Below are positions 26,600-40,270 of a DNA stretch of 64,000 nt, in pieces. The stretch covers positions 7,332,295-7,396,294 of the forward strand of contig MU058636.1 of assembly GCA_013265495.1 (NCBI GenBank). Reading direction: 5' to 3'. This DNA comes from Vicugna vicugna (lineage: Eukaryota). The notes beneath the pieces were generated by a model. That model saw only the letters and a list, made by a program, of their open reading frames with translations. It was not told the DNA's origin and searched no databases. Numbering within the stretch: position 1 is the first letter of the stretch; each line of letters begins with the position of its first letter. The position numbers and the translations under genes were made by a program.

Positions 26600-27400
26600 T
26601 GTTCTGCTTAGTAAAGGATTCAGTAAATCTCCACAAAGACGTTCTCTTATGTCTCTCACAAGCTCAGCACTAGCAAGTCAACATGAAGGGGGCACCATCG
26701 TCAGCTTTGGGAAGTCTTCCCGCTGGAGGGAAAGACAAATCTGGACACAGACATTCCAACATTAAGTGGCTGCTGTGCTGGGAGAGAAGACAGAGGTGTG
26801 TGAAGGGACCTGGATGCTCAGAAAAGGAGTGGATGGAAGGTTCATGGAAGAGACCAAACTTGAAGTGAAATTTGAAGAACCTGTAGAGATAACCTAGATG
26901 AAGAGAAGGTGCTCAGGCTCCAGAACTCATGGTCAAGGGCAGGAGAGGTCTAAGGCAGAACAGAGTGTACAGAGAGAACTATAATCACCCAGTACAAAGT
27001 CATTCAACTGGAACTGCAGAAAGAAGGAAGAGGAGTCTGGAGAGGCAGGTAGGTGCCAGATGATGTAGAGTCTTTGGAACAATTTAAAGGAGCACAAACT
27101 CTATTCTTAGGGGATGAGGAAAGGGTGGTAGGAATGCTCCTTAATCTACTGAGGTGCTTTAACAAATGACAGGGACTTGATCAGATGTGCATTTTAGAGA
27201 GAATGTAAAGAGATAATACAAAGTCCAGCTCTGAGGAGTGCAAGGCTGGAGGCAAGAAACCAGCCAGGGAATGAGAAATACAAAGTGTCCTGTCCCAGCC
27301 ACAGAAGAAAGAATGGAGAACAGGACCAAGTGTGAGTCAAGCTGGCTAGATTAGATAGTGGGTGAGAAAGAGTTAACATGACTTTTCAGGAGCTCCATGA
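26600..27400 (-). mobile_element. Degenerate LINE-2 fragment
   Basis: Purine-rich reverse L2 motifs ggagaggcaggtaggtgccagatgatgtagagtctt and tgatcagatgtgcattttagagag. Confidence 0.5.
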
Positions 27401-27926
27401 ATCTTGAACGGATGGATGAACTAGCATCCAGAATGAATACTTGGGCAACATTGCTCAGTCTGTGGCAGAGTCACGATAATGCATAATCTGGGAGAAGTTT
27501 TTGCCTACCAAAGGCTATTAAACCAGAGACGGGAAAATGGGAAATAGGCACATTTTTGAAGCAGTACATCAACTAACCTTTATCATTAGTTAGTTGGGGA
27601 ATTTTACTGGTGGTGACAAGAGGCAGTCGGCTAAGTCTTCCGTCCCGTGTAAATGAAACATAAAAATTCCAAATCACTCACTTAAAAATACAACACAGCT
27701 GAGAACAACAATCAGGAAATACTATAAAGATACACACACCTGACAAAGGACAGTGTAACTGATAAAACTGTTTTTGACGTTCTAGTATCTAGAAAATTGG
27801 TTTACTATATTTTTAACCATTTTAATTTTTCTTAGTTTTTGTGTTCGTAATAGTTCAATTTCATTCAGAATTGAGAGACCATCTTCATCAGCAATAGGCA
27901 AAGGTATTAATACAGTAGACGCTTTC

Positions 27927-27940
27927 ATATATATATATAT

Positions 27941-27987
<47 letters not shown>

Positions 27988-28011
27988 CATACACAGAAAC
28001 ACACACACACA
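27927..28011. repeat. Compound (TA)n(CA)n microsatellite
   Basis: Alternating AT and AC dinucleotide blocks read directly. Confidence 0.97.
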
Positions 28012-30006
28012 TGCATGCATTAAATTACCTGGATCTAAAATATATGATTTACAGCAGCACGAGTCACCAAGGAGGGGCAGATGTGGCTGGTTAACTCTTT
28101 CCTTTTAGTTTATTTTCGTTGATTCCCTTCCATTATTGCTCTCAAAGGTCAACTCTAAACATATACTTAAAATCTTTGAAAGTCCAAAACAGTTTCAACT
28201 AAAGGTATAGGATGATTTCCTGGAACTACGAAATGCCTATAAATGTCTTATTCTAGAAGAGTTGGCTGAAGTAAGATACCTCTTCAGTTGTCATTTACAT
28301 AGTGGTCCCTGACTAGTTTTCCAGGAAGAGCTTCGCAGAATAAATGAATCATATTTCTCCTTACCCCAAGTTCTTGAGAAGGAGTCTTGTGAGTTTATGT
28401 GTAAATAGAAATGTCTGAAAAATGTGCTGTTTCTAATGAGTGAGAGGAAACACTATCAGTAAACATTTCCTATACTATGAAGATTTCATTTGGAAATAAT
28501 AAGAATCAAAATTGGCCACAGTCTCATTATTTTAGCCTATTTGCAGCAACAGTGAAGAGAAAAAAATGTGTATAGCCTAGTTGGTTTAAAAGAACTTGTG
28601 AATTATCATTTTAAACCTTATCTAAGCACGGATGTTTAAAATAAGCACAAGGCAGTCCCTGGTTGGTGTGACCCTGGGTACCATTCTGGTTGTGTGCTGA
28701 GCCCAGTTACAGCCACAGTTCTTGTGCGTTAGAACACGATGTTTTCTTTCCTTAAATTATAGGCAGAAAACGATGCTCTGCTCACGGGGGTGACACACAT
28801 ATACCATGACTGACACTGAGGCAAACCTTGGGTTCCAGGTTTTTGCCCTCCTTTTTCCCAAACAAGAACAGTGATATCAACTGTATTATCAAAATGATAA
28901 AAAGAGATGCTAGTGTCATCTCCCAATCATTTCCTTATTCCTAATGTCCCCAGACCCCAGGACAATAATGCAAGAGAGTGAGGAAAAGAGGTGTGTGAGT
29001 GTGTACAAGAGAGAAAAGACAGTTCAAGTGTACGCAGTACTATGCGAGGGACAATGTCAACCAACACTGATTACAGACACTGGCAAACTAACTAAGCAAG
29101 CAGGGAAAAAAACCTAAAAAACAACCTTATAAAAATGTGGTTTGGCCGTGTAGAAGGAATACTAATTGCAGTAATTTTTCTGGACTGCTTGCCACGTGCC
29201 TAATTACCAGGCAGCACAGTGATGAACACGTAAATTGTTAAGTACATGCTGGATTAACTTGTCCTCATTTTAACTACAATGTTGAACTTTGTTCATGTAT
29301 AGTCAGCCTTCATAATTTATCACTTCTCTAGTATGGTCATTGGCCCATGACTTAAAATCGTGGAAACTTATAAGAAATGACAAAGTGAGGAAGGAACAAA
29401 ATGAATATTTAAAGTAACAATAGTTTTGAAAAAATGGCTTATATAAATAAGAACAAGAAGGAGGCTATTAGTAAAACACATTCACTGTTCTGTATCACAG
29501 GCTGTTTTGACATGAAATTTATCTTAGATGTATTGATAGTTTGGGGAAAATTGACATCTTGGAATAAACATCTAGCAAATTTTATAATTCAATTCCTAAA
29601 GAACACCTGACAGGTATTTTTTTAATATAAATTTAAAAGCCACCAAAAATACCCTCAGCTTTCTCTAAAATCATAACTATTCTGTAATAACTAGTAATAA
29701 AAACATTTACTAAGTACTTTCTTCTTCATTAATTAGAACACAACATTGTGTAAAAATATGTTACAAGAATTAAAATGAAGTAATATTAATAAAAATAAGA
29801 CAGTAGGAGTTGCTGAATACTACCAAGGGAAATTTCTAGGAAATTTGGGTACCATAATACGTGGCTAAAGAAATGTGGTTATAGGAGAGACCATAAGCCA
29901 ATTCCTTTAGCTTTAAGAGATTTTAGGTTCAACTAAAAAACATTTTATACAAATTATTCACCAAGTTTCCCGTATGAGCACTGTATAGACTTACCTTACC
30001 TTACAG

Positions 30007-30208
30007 CAGGGTTTCTTAACCCTGGCAGGTAGGTCTTTATCGTGGGAGTCTGCCCTACGCACTGCAGGGTGTTTAACGGCATCCAGGGCTTCTCCGGCTA
30101 GATGCCAGTAGCACCACCTCCCACCCCTAGTAGCGACAAGCAAAAATGTCTCCACTCACTGCCCAATGTCCCCTGGGGAGCAAAACTGACCCCTGTTGGG
30201 AACTACTG
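30007..30208 (+). mobile_element. MER20 (hAT-Charlie), near full length
   Basis: Termini cagggtttcttaacc ... gttgggaactactg; interior ctagatgccagtagcacc and aaaaatgtctcca...aatgtcccctgggg. Confidence 0.88.
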
Positions 30209-33200
30209 CTGTACGAATGTGGAAAGATGTGCAGAACTTAAAAAAAAATTGTATTAAATGCAGTCCCAATTTAAATACACTAGCTGAATTCCTTGGTTTA
30301 AACAAGAAGAGTGAACTTTTTCTTTGCTGACAATTATCAAGCCACATCAAAAAATTAACTCAGCAAAAGAAAGAAACTCCACCCAGGGTGTTTTTTTAAG
30401 CAGGTGTTGATAAAGTGAGAAAGAAACAAGAAATAAGGAAATGTTCCCTCTTGCTTGTAAAATTTAAGAACAGAGGACATAAAATTAATTCAGTAAACAC
30501 AGCAGATTATAAAAATATATACTTCAGTCCTGTATTATGGTTGACAGAGGGAGAAGAAAACTGGAAAACAAACCAGCAGAGACATAAGTAGGAAAAGACA
30601 GAATATATCAGATGGCGGAGGTGGGTGGCAGTCGGGGCGGAAATGGGGCAGAGCTTTTAGAAGAGAGACAGGCTGACTGGTAGCTGAAATGGAGCTTCTG
30701 TTGGTCCTCCCTCTAGGCTTTCTCCCAGGCCTCTCTCCCTGTGGACCCTGAGCCCAGCGCCCCTCCACTTGGGTTGCCAACATCCTTCTCCCAAGGCAGG
30801 ACCGGATGCCCACTGTGCCTGTGGAGGAGGATGCTGGGATAAGAGACCACACAGCAGGGGAGAATCACTGCCAGGAAAGGAACAATGACCGCCACAGAAG
30901 GCCGGGCATCACGGGGATGGCAGAATTGATGCTTGGCTTTATCATACAGAACAACTTTTAGAGAGAGCCTTAGTGTGGAAGATAGTGGGAAAGCTAACTG
31001 TTCAAGAGCAAGGGAATGAGAGCCTATGTGGGGGCACTGGCATTAGAAATTAAACATAATAGCACCATTTACATTTTGTATAATACTTTGAAGGGTAATA
31101 TCTGTTGTTTGCTCCTCATAACAATCAACAACAAATTTAGATTTGCTTTGTGCATAGGAAATAGTTAATAAATACTAGCTCAGCTGAATTTGATTCAATT
31201 CATTCTAAGTTAACCGATGATATCTATTCAACTCATAAGGAAACTAAAGACCAGTTAAGATAAATGACTTGCCCATGTTCAAATGGTTAGTAAGTTTTGT
31301 TGCCAGGGATGCAACCGAAGTCTCCTTAATTTCAAAATCCAAAATCCACTACACTAGTTGCAACAAATTTGCGGCATGTGTGCTCATTTTCTCCACTTCG
31401 TTACCACTGCAGACATTGCTAATCAGTTTCCTACCAAGAGCTTAGATAGGCCTCAGGATCCTTCTGGAGACAGGACTCCAGGGAGCTACCCTGAATCAAC
31501 TTTTCCATATCCTGCATCGTGATACCTACCCAACAGAAAGGAAGAAGATATGGTAGAGATGCTCTGCCGGCAGAACCATTATCGCTCAATAGCTGTGGGA
31601 GGAGATTGGAGGTGGGGGAGGATGTATGCACGTTAAGAATAACTAAGGAGTGAAGCCTGGGTGACGGGGGGAGACAGCACTATTAACAGAAGTAACAGAG
31701 CTGGGAGCAGCAGCAGAGCTGTCATATTGTGAACGTGATTTTAGATGAATCCATGAGGGAGGAGGTGGTCACAATCAGCTGAAGGAGGCTGTTCAGAGGC
31801 AAAAAGGTAGCACCGCCTAACAGGTCTAGTGACCTCAGCCTCGCAAACAATGGGAACTGTGGATCCTAAAGATATGCATCCAAAAGATACTGGCCAAACG
31901 TTTTTTAGGAGAGATGAAATAGGACATTGCAAAGTCTTGATTCAAAGGATATTGCTGTGAATCATTTTGTAAGGCAGGAAAATTCTCCTCTAATTCAAAT
32001 AATTTTAAAAAAACTGAATTCCAATGCACCAGGTTCCATTTAAATGGGGAGGAGGGGAGCAGTGAAAAGAAAATGGTTCTTCAGCAACTTCTAATTCTCA
32101 GTGAGAGTGATAAAGAAGTGCTGTAGAACTTCACGAACTAAATTAAGTATTAAACCTTACGTGCTTAATCACCACAAGATGTTGTTTAAAGGGAGTCTGG
32201 ATGAGCTGTTTCTACCTATCACCCGCCCTTCAGCATAAGATTAAAAATGCAAGGCTCTCTATCAGCCCCATGATGTGCCTTAAATTTCATTATGTCAGGT
32301 TCACTTGGCAAATTAAACAGAACACTGTGGAAAATGTCTGCTTATAACTAGGAGGCAGGGATACCGTTTATGGAAACCTCGACAGACAACTTGTTGAACC
32401 ATTTCCTAACCTCAAAACAGACGTATTTTCTATCATTTAGCATGTAATGTTTAATCTTGGTCCTTAAAAAAAAAAAATCTTTAGCTAGTTTCTTCCCATT
32501 TCATCGCCATCCACTTTATGAATGTCTTGGTCAAATTATAAATCAAGTTGTAAAGATCCTGTTTGGCACCATCTGGCTAATGTCAACCAAAGAGGCTTTA
32601 ATATTTTCTAGCAACAGGATATTGTGGTTAATGCTCTCAGACCTAGTTTCAGTCTAAAAATTGTTGAAGGCCACCCCCCGACACACAAACGATCTAGAAT
32701 GGAGACCACCCACCCCCTCCGAAGACAGGCTTTGACTGATGGCCTAAGAAAATGATGCCAACAATTCAGATTTGCTCTGGGAACACTCCTAAAACCACAG
32801 ACAATACAGACAATATAATTTCGCTTTAAAAGCGTAAGATCACTAGTGATCCATTTGCCAAAACACAAAAACAACAAAACATCTCTGAAGTTCACTGATG
32901 GACCATCAGTTTTTCTCTGTACTTCAGTAAATTATATATATGAAAGAAGATTCTGATTTCAAGAATTCTGCATGTTGTTAGTTGCATTTCCAGGAAAGCA
33001 AAGATCAAACGGGGTCTTATATATGTTTATTGGCAGGTACAAATCCAGAAGGCATCTCAAGTATACGTATTTTTGAAAAGCTTCAAGCTCTGTGTGTATG
33101 TGCTGAGGGGTACAGACAGCGTCACAAATCTATGGATAGTCTTAAACAAACACTATTAAAACAGCATTTCAAGGAGCTCAAAATACCGTACGGCATTTCC

Positions 33201-36200
33201 AGCAGTAAAGAAATTTCAATAAGCCATACTTTTGGTAGGGAAATCTAACAGTTCTGTTGAGCAGGGGTCTCCATGGGACATGCCCTTTCCAATAAGAAAA
33301 AAGGGGGGCTGAGGGGTGTTGACTGGACGAGGGATTATGGTTTCAGTGCCTCTTCTAGTTCGTCCTCCTTCTTTCTTGTGTTTCAGAAAGAAAAGTCTGG
33401 ACCAGGAAGGGGAGACTCTGGGGGAGCAGGGCTGGTGAAGACCCAGCTGAATTGAAGGAAGCTCCCTTTGTGACTCGCCAGACTGGTCTGGGCAGCTCTG
33501 CTCAGGCACTGACGGCCCCACTGAGCGGCAAGTCAGCCGGTGCCCTCGGCAAAACTGCGAAGGGTTAGAGTTTGGGTTTTTGCCGTCCTCTTTTTCCTTC
33601 CGAAATCTTGTCACCTTTTCTCAAGTATCTTCCCTCCCATCTCGGCAGGTCGTTGCAGTTTCCTTCCTAACATTTGTCACAGCGTGACATTCTCTTGTTT
33701 GCTTCACTGGTGTTTGTTTACTGTTTCCTTCCTCAATTGACGATAAGTTTCACGAGGGCAGGGACGGGGTCTGCATCGTTCCCCTCGCAGTCTGGCACCC
33801 AGACCAATGCCTGGCACACAGCAGTAATCCATAAGTGGTTGCTGAAAGGTAAACGAATCTCTCGCCTGCTCCCTGCCTCTTGTCCCCAGCTCACAGGTAC
33901 GATGACCTCGTGTTGTCCGCTGGTTGGTGAGAGCCTTCCCATCAGTCCTACTCTCCAAACCAGCCTGGGCGGACACTGTGTTGGTTACGTCAATATCCGT
34001 GTTGTCCGGGTGGGATCAGTAGCCCCCCCAGCTCCAGAGGCAGGACTCGACTGCCCAAAGCCAATGACAGACTTCTTCTGGCAGACGTGTGACAGACCCC
34101 GGTGCGATCGGAGAGAAGCTCAGAAACGCTGTCCAACGGTTCCCGCCTTCCCTTCCTCCCCAGGAGCCAGGAAATACGGAGCCCTGGGAGCCCTTTGTGG
34201 CCGTCTCACCCCCACGAGTCAGGAGCTTTTCAAAGAAATCAAGCCACAGCCCTGAGGCCTCATTAACCTCTGGGCCACCTCTGGAGTTCCCTTTTTGATG
34301 AACTCATTCAGACTTGCTTTTAAGGCTGTCAGAGGTGGGACTCCAACTGCCAACTATCCCTGTCAGAAGCCCCATTTCCAGCGATAAACCCCAGCAAGGT
34401 ATCATTTGATTAACTGGGAAGAAAGCGCAATATGAATTAGGTTTAACTCTCCCAAAGAATACTTTTACTTAAACACTGAAACAAACCGATACAAATGTGT
34501 TTCATTGTTCTATTCCTTCCTAAGCCGCCATCACTGCTGGCTTCCAAGGACCTCACCACCCACCCCAATTACCTGATGATCAAGGGAGGGAAATAGAACC
34601 AGCGGCCACACAGCATTCATCCCCCTTTATCTCTCTTCGTAAGTGGGGTTTGTGAAAAACAGTCACTGTGATAAATCTAGGAAGGAGATGTTTACAAATT
34701 TTCACTTTATTAGTTGGTCAAATAGCCCACTTTTTAAAACCAAAGAGCAGCAGAACGACAGCAAAGTCTTGTGCTGTTTGCTGAGTGAGTCCGAAATTGA
34801 ATGAAAATGCGTAAGAAATCTACCTAAAGCTCGGTGAGGCTTCTGAGGAGAGAATGACTGCCTCTGACCTGAAGGTTGCAAAGACTCCACAGCTGTTGCA
34901 TTTGTGCTGGACTCTGAAGGACGAGAATGAGCACCAGGCAGAGACAAAGGGAAAGAATGAAACCCTGAGTTACACCTGATGAGCTGGGCCCAGGAGGATA
35001 CGAAGGCAGGGAGGAAACTACTGACAAAGCCTAGGAAAGCGAGTTGGGAGCAGGCTGTGCAGGACTCTGAAGTCCTCTCTCAGTGCAACTGTCTCTGGGA
35101 ATTCAGTGAAGACTTTTTAGCAAAACAGTGACATAACCAGGGTGGGGTGGTAGGAAAGACTGAAGAATGGTCAAGGGGGGAGGTCACAGAGAATTAAAAT
35201 AGGGTGGGTGGGGGGATTCTGTGGACACCAGTGAGGCTTACTCAGAGGCAAGAGGAACTCAGGCTCAGGGCAGGGTACACAGCCCCCGGTGAGCCAGCCT
35301 AGGACCCTCACCATCACCTTTAATGACACTTCTATGGAAAACCTCTTTTCTTTTTTTTTTTCAAAAGAAGAGCCTAAAAACAAAATCGTAGGAGCTATCA
35401 GAATTAATAACTGGTACTATTATATAAATTATCTTCAAGTTTAAAAATAACATTTCTAAGAACATTAAATTGTTTCTCTATATTCGAGGGCTGCTTTGAG
35501 ATTTTAGTCTAGACAGATTCACACCTTTAAAAATGAGCTTTCGAGCTTAGGATCTTAAAATAGGACTGTGCTGACATTATAATACAACTCAAGCAGGAAT
35601 AATGGTTGCGGTGAGCTTTGCTTCTCCTTTCCTGATGAGGTCTGAATTAGTAGGAGATGGGTAACAAAGAACAGATATATTATGGAAGGAAATAAAATGT
35701 TTTATAGGTATTAGTTTAAAAGATCTAAGAGATTTTGAATAAGGCATAGAAACGAGGAAATTTCGGCCAACACTATCATTTCTGAATAGAAGGTAAGAAA
35801 TTTCTTATCATCTGAACGGGACAGGTCACTTTGTTATTCAAATCAAGTAGGAGAAAATGTTGGGTTCAGGACAAAGAAAAAGAGCATGGATTATGCTAAT
35901 TCCAAACTCGGTGAGAGAACAGAAATTCCTCAGTTCACCCTTTCTGGGGCTGTAATTTGTGGGGGCACAATGTAAGTAATCAACTCCTATTGTTGATTTA
36001 GCAAAAAAATAAAATTAAATAAAAGGCTTCTTTTCCTTACATTTGTGTGCTAAGAGATAGTATTCAGACGCACAGATTTTCTTGAACAAGAACCATAAAG
36101 CTTCTGCGACAAAAAATCTGTATCTCTGTAAAGCATTAGGAAATAGAAAACCCGTTCTCAGAAGTTTGCGGAACTCTGTTAAGCAGAGGCCGGGGCTCCT

Positions 36201-37073
36201 GAGCTGTCAGGAGCACTTATCATAAGGATGTTCGTATTCTATCAGCACCACCAACCCACATTCTCCAAATCACACAGAAGCAGCTATTTTATGCCGTGGA
36301 AAAAGAAATGAGGCTAGAGGATGGACAACACAGCTGTCTGCATCGCCTCAGCCTGACCCTCTCCAGCTCTCCAGGTTCTGGGCTGTATGTTCATGAATAT
36401 TACTGCACCTATTTAAACACCTACAACTTCTTCCTTGCAACCTTGTCTCTCCCCAAAGAGGGTGTTAGATGTGAATATTTGAGTATAAAACTGAAGACAC
36501 TGCATGTGTGTGAAATCCCTCCCCATTCTGGCCCCACACGTGCCAGGCAGCCCGGCTGGGGGTCCTGGCTCTCCATTGCCTGACCTGAAGCAGCAACATA
36601 CATGCCTCACCTGTGAAGCCGGATGCTACCCACCTGGTAGCCTCTGGGGTGGGATTTATGAGATAGTGTAGGTACCAAGGCAATGCCTGGCACACTCCAA
36701 ACCCTCTCTAAACTCTGGCTATTTATTGCTATTGTTATTTTTTCCACAAAGAAAAAGGATGCCAAAGGCTTTATAGGAAGGCATCTGGCAGGGATCTTAA
36801 ATTCAAGGGGGAGGAGGGAGGTGAGCACTGATAGAGCTAGAGGGCAAGGAGGTGTTTTGGGTGAGAACTGTCCAGGACCCCAGTCACAACGCTTTCATTC
36901 ATGTCCACCCAGAGGGGCTTTGTTAGGGCAGATTCAGCTGAGAATACAACCCAAGTAGACCCACAAAACACCATCAAAGCAAAAATCCCATGATATTTGC
37001 CCAGATTCTTAGATAGAAGGAAGAAAGGTAGGCAAGACAACAGAAGGAAAAAGAGAGAAGACTGGACAAAGAA

Positions 37074-37530
37074 TGCTGCCCACCATTCCAGTAAACAACG
37101 ACTGGTACCCGCCACCAAGCCATCAGCCACTGCAGCCCACAATGGTGCGCCTGCGGGGAACCCTGGGTGGAGGAAAACAGGAAGCGTGTGCCTTGGATAC
37201 TGGCCCTGGACAGTTAAGAGGCATATCTAAGGAGTAATATCAGAGAACCCAGATTCCCACATCTTCCCATACACAGAACATTGCTAACATCAACTTGAGA
37301 TTTCTGTCTTTGTGATCAGCAGTAATCTCTGATATTCAACTACACATTTTTGTTTTGTTTTGTTTTTCTCCCCAGCCAAAACTCCTATGTATCTGGTTCC
37401 TCCCTTACTTCCTTGGAGCAGTTCCTCAGAGCTTTCTGAGAGGCTGTCTCCCAGGCTATAGTTCTCAGTAAGGCCCCTGAATAAAAGACAACTCACAATG
37501 TTTAGACTGTGTATGTTTCTTCAATCAACA
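37074..37530 (+). mobile_element. Artiodactyl-type ERV1 solo LTR
   Basis: tgctgcccaccattccagtaaacaa...aagccatcagccactgcagcc...ttggagcagttcctcagagctttctgagaggctgtctcccaggctatag, then aataaa at about 37480 and a ttcaatcaaca end. TG..CA termini. Confidence 0.75.
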
Positions 37531-39915
37531 ACTCTATATTCTTTCACCAGAGCTTATATAAAATGCATTTTTCCCTTAGTATACGGTATTCATGTGCCAC
37601 ATTATTTCCTCTTGACTTCATATCTTCATGAATACCTTCCTGAAACTGTGTCCAACCACAAATGCTGTAGCATTTTATCACCTGTCACTTCTATTATCCC
37701 TTTGTTTGGTGAAGAATTTGAAAATGTTTGTTTTGTTTCTTTCTTCTGACCCATCTTCTCAAATTAAGTTGTTTTTGATGGAGATACACAGAAAAAGCTT
37801 AGATACACAGCCTCTTGGCTATCACTGTTTTAATTTGCCTACTAAGTCACTCTTATTTTCTTATCTTAAAACTCTGGAAGCCCAGTCCCTCTTCACAATA
37901 AGAGGCAGGAGCAGAATAAACATAACACTTGTTATAAACGGTTGCTAAGTGGTCTTACCTAGTCAAAATTGTGATACTGGATGTGTGAGAATTTTGGAAA
38001 GGTTGAAAAAGTTAAGGCTCATGCTTCCAGGAAAATAAAGTCACAGAGAGCACAATATAAGAATATGTTGGTAAGAACTCTGTAGCTTTGGACTAAACTT
38101 GCATTTGGCAGGTGACCAGAGGCTACGCAGCTGGTCATGATACTGACCGGACAAGATGATTAATCTTCCTTCAGTTCTAGGCTGAATTATTTTTATTCCA
38201 AGTTGGTGTTGTCAGTATAGGAAAGAGGAAGGAATTTTGAGGATGAAAAGTGTATTAGCAAAATTACTGTTAATGAATACTAACTTAGCATTTCCTGAGG
38301 CTGCCAAATTCTGAGTTGATTATGAGTTATCCCACACAAAAAAAGGAATTCTCTGAGGGCAAGAATCATAGCTTATTCATTATTATATCCCCAGCAGCCA
38401 GTTCACGCCTGGCAAACAGTAAAATCTCTTAATTCAATCAAATAAACAGGAGATCACCTGAAAGATCACCTGAAAGGAGATCACCTGAAAGTTGAGAAGG
38501 TAACTGGAGAGAGCCAATGATTTTAGGAGCTGTTTTATGAGGCACTAAGTAGCAAATGTTGAAAATAAACATTTATTGTTGCATTATGCTTTGGAATCTC
38601 TACTAATTGTACCCAAAATTTCCCATGAGGAAGTTAAGTGCTCTATTCAGTGCATGAGAAAACCAAACAGTAAGTTAAGCTTAGTATTAAGAGACTAAGC
38701 TGAATATAATAGTATCACGTTAAGCACTTGAAGCAATTAATTTGTTAATCCCTGGAACATATCACTGTTTTGAAGACTGAAGAAATAGAAAAAAATTTTT
38801 TCTTTAAGTCACAGAAATTCAACAGTTCTAGGTCAACAATAAAACTACGCCGAAGGAAATAACTTATCAAGTGCTTTTACACTGAAGTTCCTTTAAACCA
38901 CAGCATCCCTGCTGTTATCAAGCACAAAGGCTGCAGGTTTCCCATCAATATTCCCTAGTTTTGAGTCCTGGGGTTAGTCGTTCAAAGCTAAATTCTGAAA
39001 GTTTAATTAAAAAAAAAAAGGCTAACAAGCTTTTCAAAGGAAAGTAAGTTCTGCATCATGGAAATGTTCCTGTCTTATGTTTTGATTTATCACTAATGTA
39101 GGTAAGTTACAACCAAATAAACAACAGGGCAGCTTTTATTTAAAGCTAATTCAAACCCTCAGGCCCATGTGTGACATACATATTGGCAAGGAAGAATAAG
39201 AAAAGTCTTAAAAACCAGTAATGAAGGGAGCTTGATTTTAATGATGACAGTCACTGGGGAGGTGCAGGTCAATGGACTCTTTACTCTGAACCAAACCTTC
39301 AGGCTCTTGGGGGGTTAGGTGTCTATCACCTGCCAAAAAGACTTCAGGTCCCAGTTTGCAAATTAACTGAAACCTATAGGGAAGCCCACGCTAAATTTCC
39401 AGAACACCAGGGAGCAAAGATCTAAGAATGCCACGGGCAAAAGAAAAACAAAACATCCATCACAAACACACACCATAAACAACCTTTGCATTTGAGCTCA
39501 GAAATTGAACTGCCTCTTCCCAGCATAGAAAGAGCTAAGGACCATTTTCAAAGGGCTTTCATGAAACCCAGAGCCCTGACACATAGCAGATATAAAGAGT
39601 GGCTTACACCACTTGGAACTTCCAGAATGACCACGCAGCTCTCTTCCCATCTCAGACTCTCCCATCCCCACCCCCACCCCCATCCCATTTATCTCCTAGT
39701 CCCTTCGTCCTGGTTTGCCTCCCCCTCCGTGTAAGAGGCGCACCTTCCTCTTTAACCAGGGCACAGAGCAGATGCTCCTTCAATTTCAATCCTTCATCCT
39801 CTAATCCTGCCTTCTTTTTCCTTTCATCTCTTCTTCAGTAACGCTTCCTTCTTTCTGTCGATGTACCTCCTTCCCCAATTGGTCGAAATTTAAAACTACA
39901 ATTAAATTATATGTA

Positions 39916-40270
39916 CATCTGACTCTTGAACAATGTGAGGATTAGGGGTGCACACTCCTGAGCAGTAGAAAATTGCATGTAGCTTATGACTCCCCCCAAA
40001 CTTAGCTACCAATAGTCTACTGTTGACCAGAAGTCTTACTGATAACATAACCTGTTGGTTAACACATGTTTTGTATGTTATATGTATATCTACATATATT
40101 TTATGCATTCATGACATACCTTTCTCTTTCTTCCCCCAATATTTCTAGGCTATGTGGTTTGCGAGTTTTTTCAAATCGTTGAAAATCTCCAAAAAATTTT
40201 TCCAATGTATTTATTGAAAAGCACCCACGCATAAGGGGACCCACGCACTTGAATCCTATGTATTTATGGA
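39916..40270. mobile_element. Tigger2-derived MITE (Tigger2a/MER28-like), degenerate
   Basis: ta|catctgactcttgaacaa is a degenerate cagttgacccttgaacaa terminal inverted repeat (TIR). Interior includes actccccccaaactta...ctactgttgaccagaag and tttattgaaaa...ggacccacgca. Confidence 0.8.

Noticed and set aside
33674..34255. 193-aa ORF in a mildly CpG-rich stretch
   Set aside because: It crosses an L2 tail (gcctggcacacagcag) and has no recognisable protein motif, so it is probably a chance ORF.
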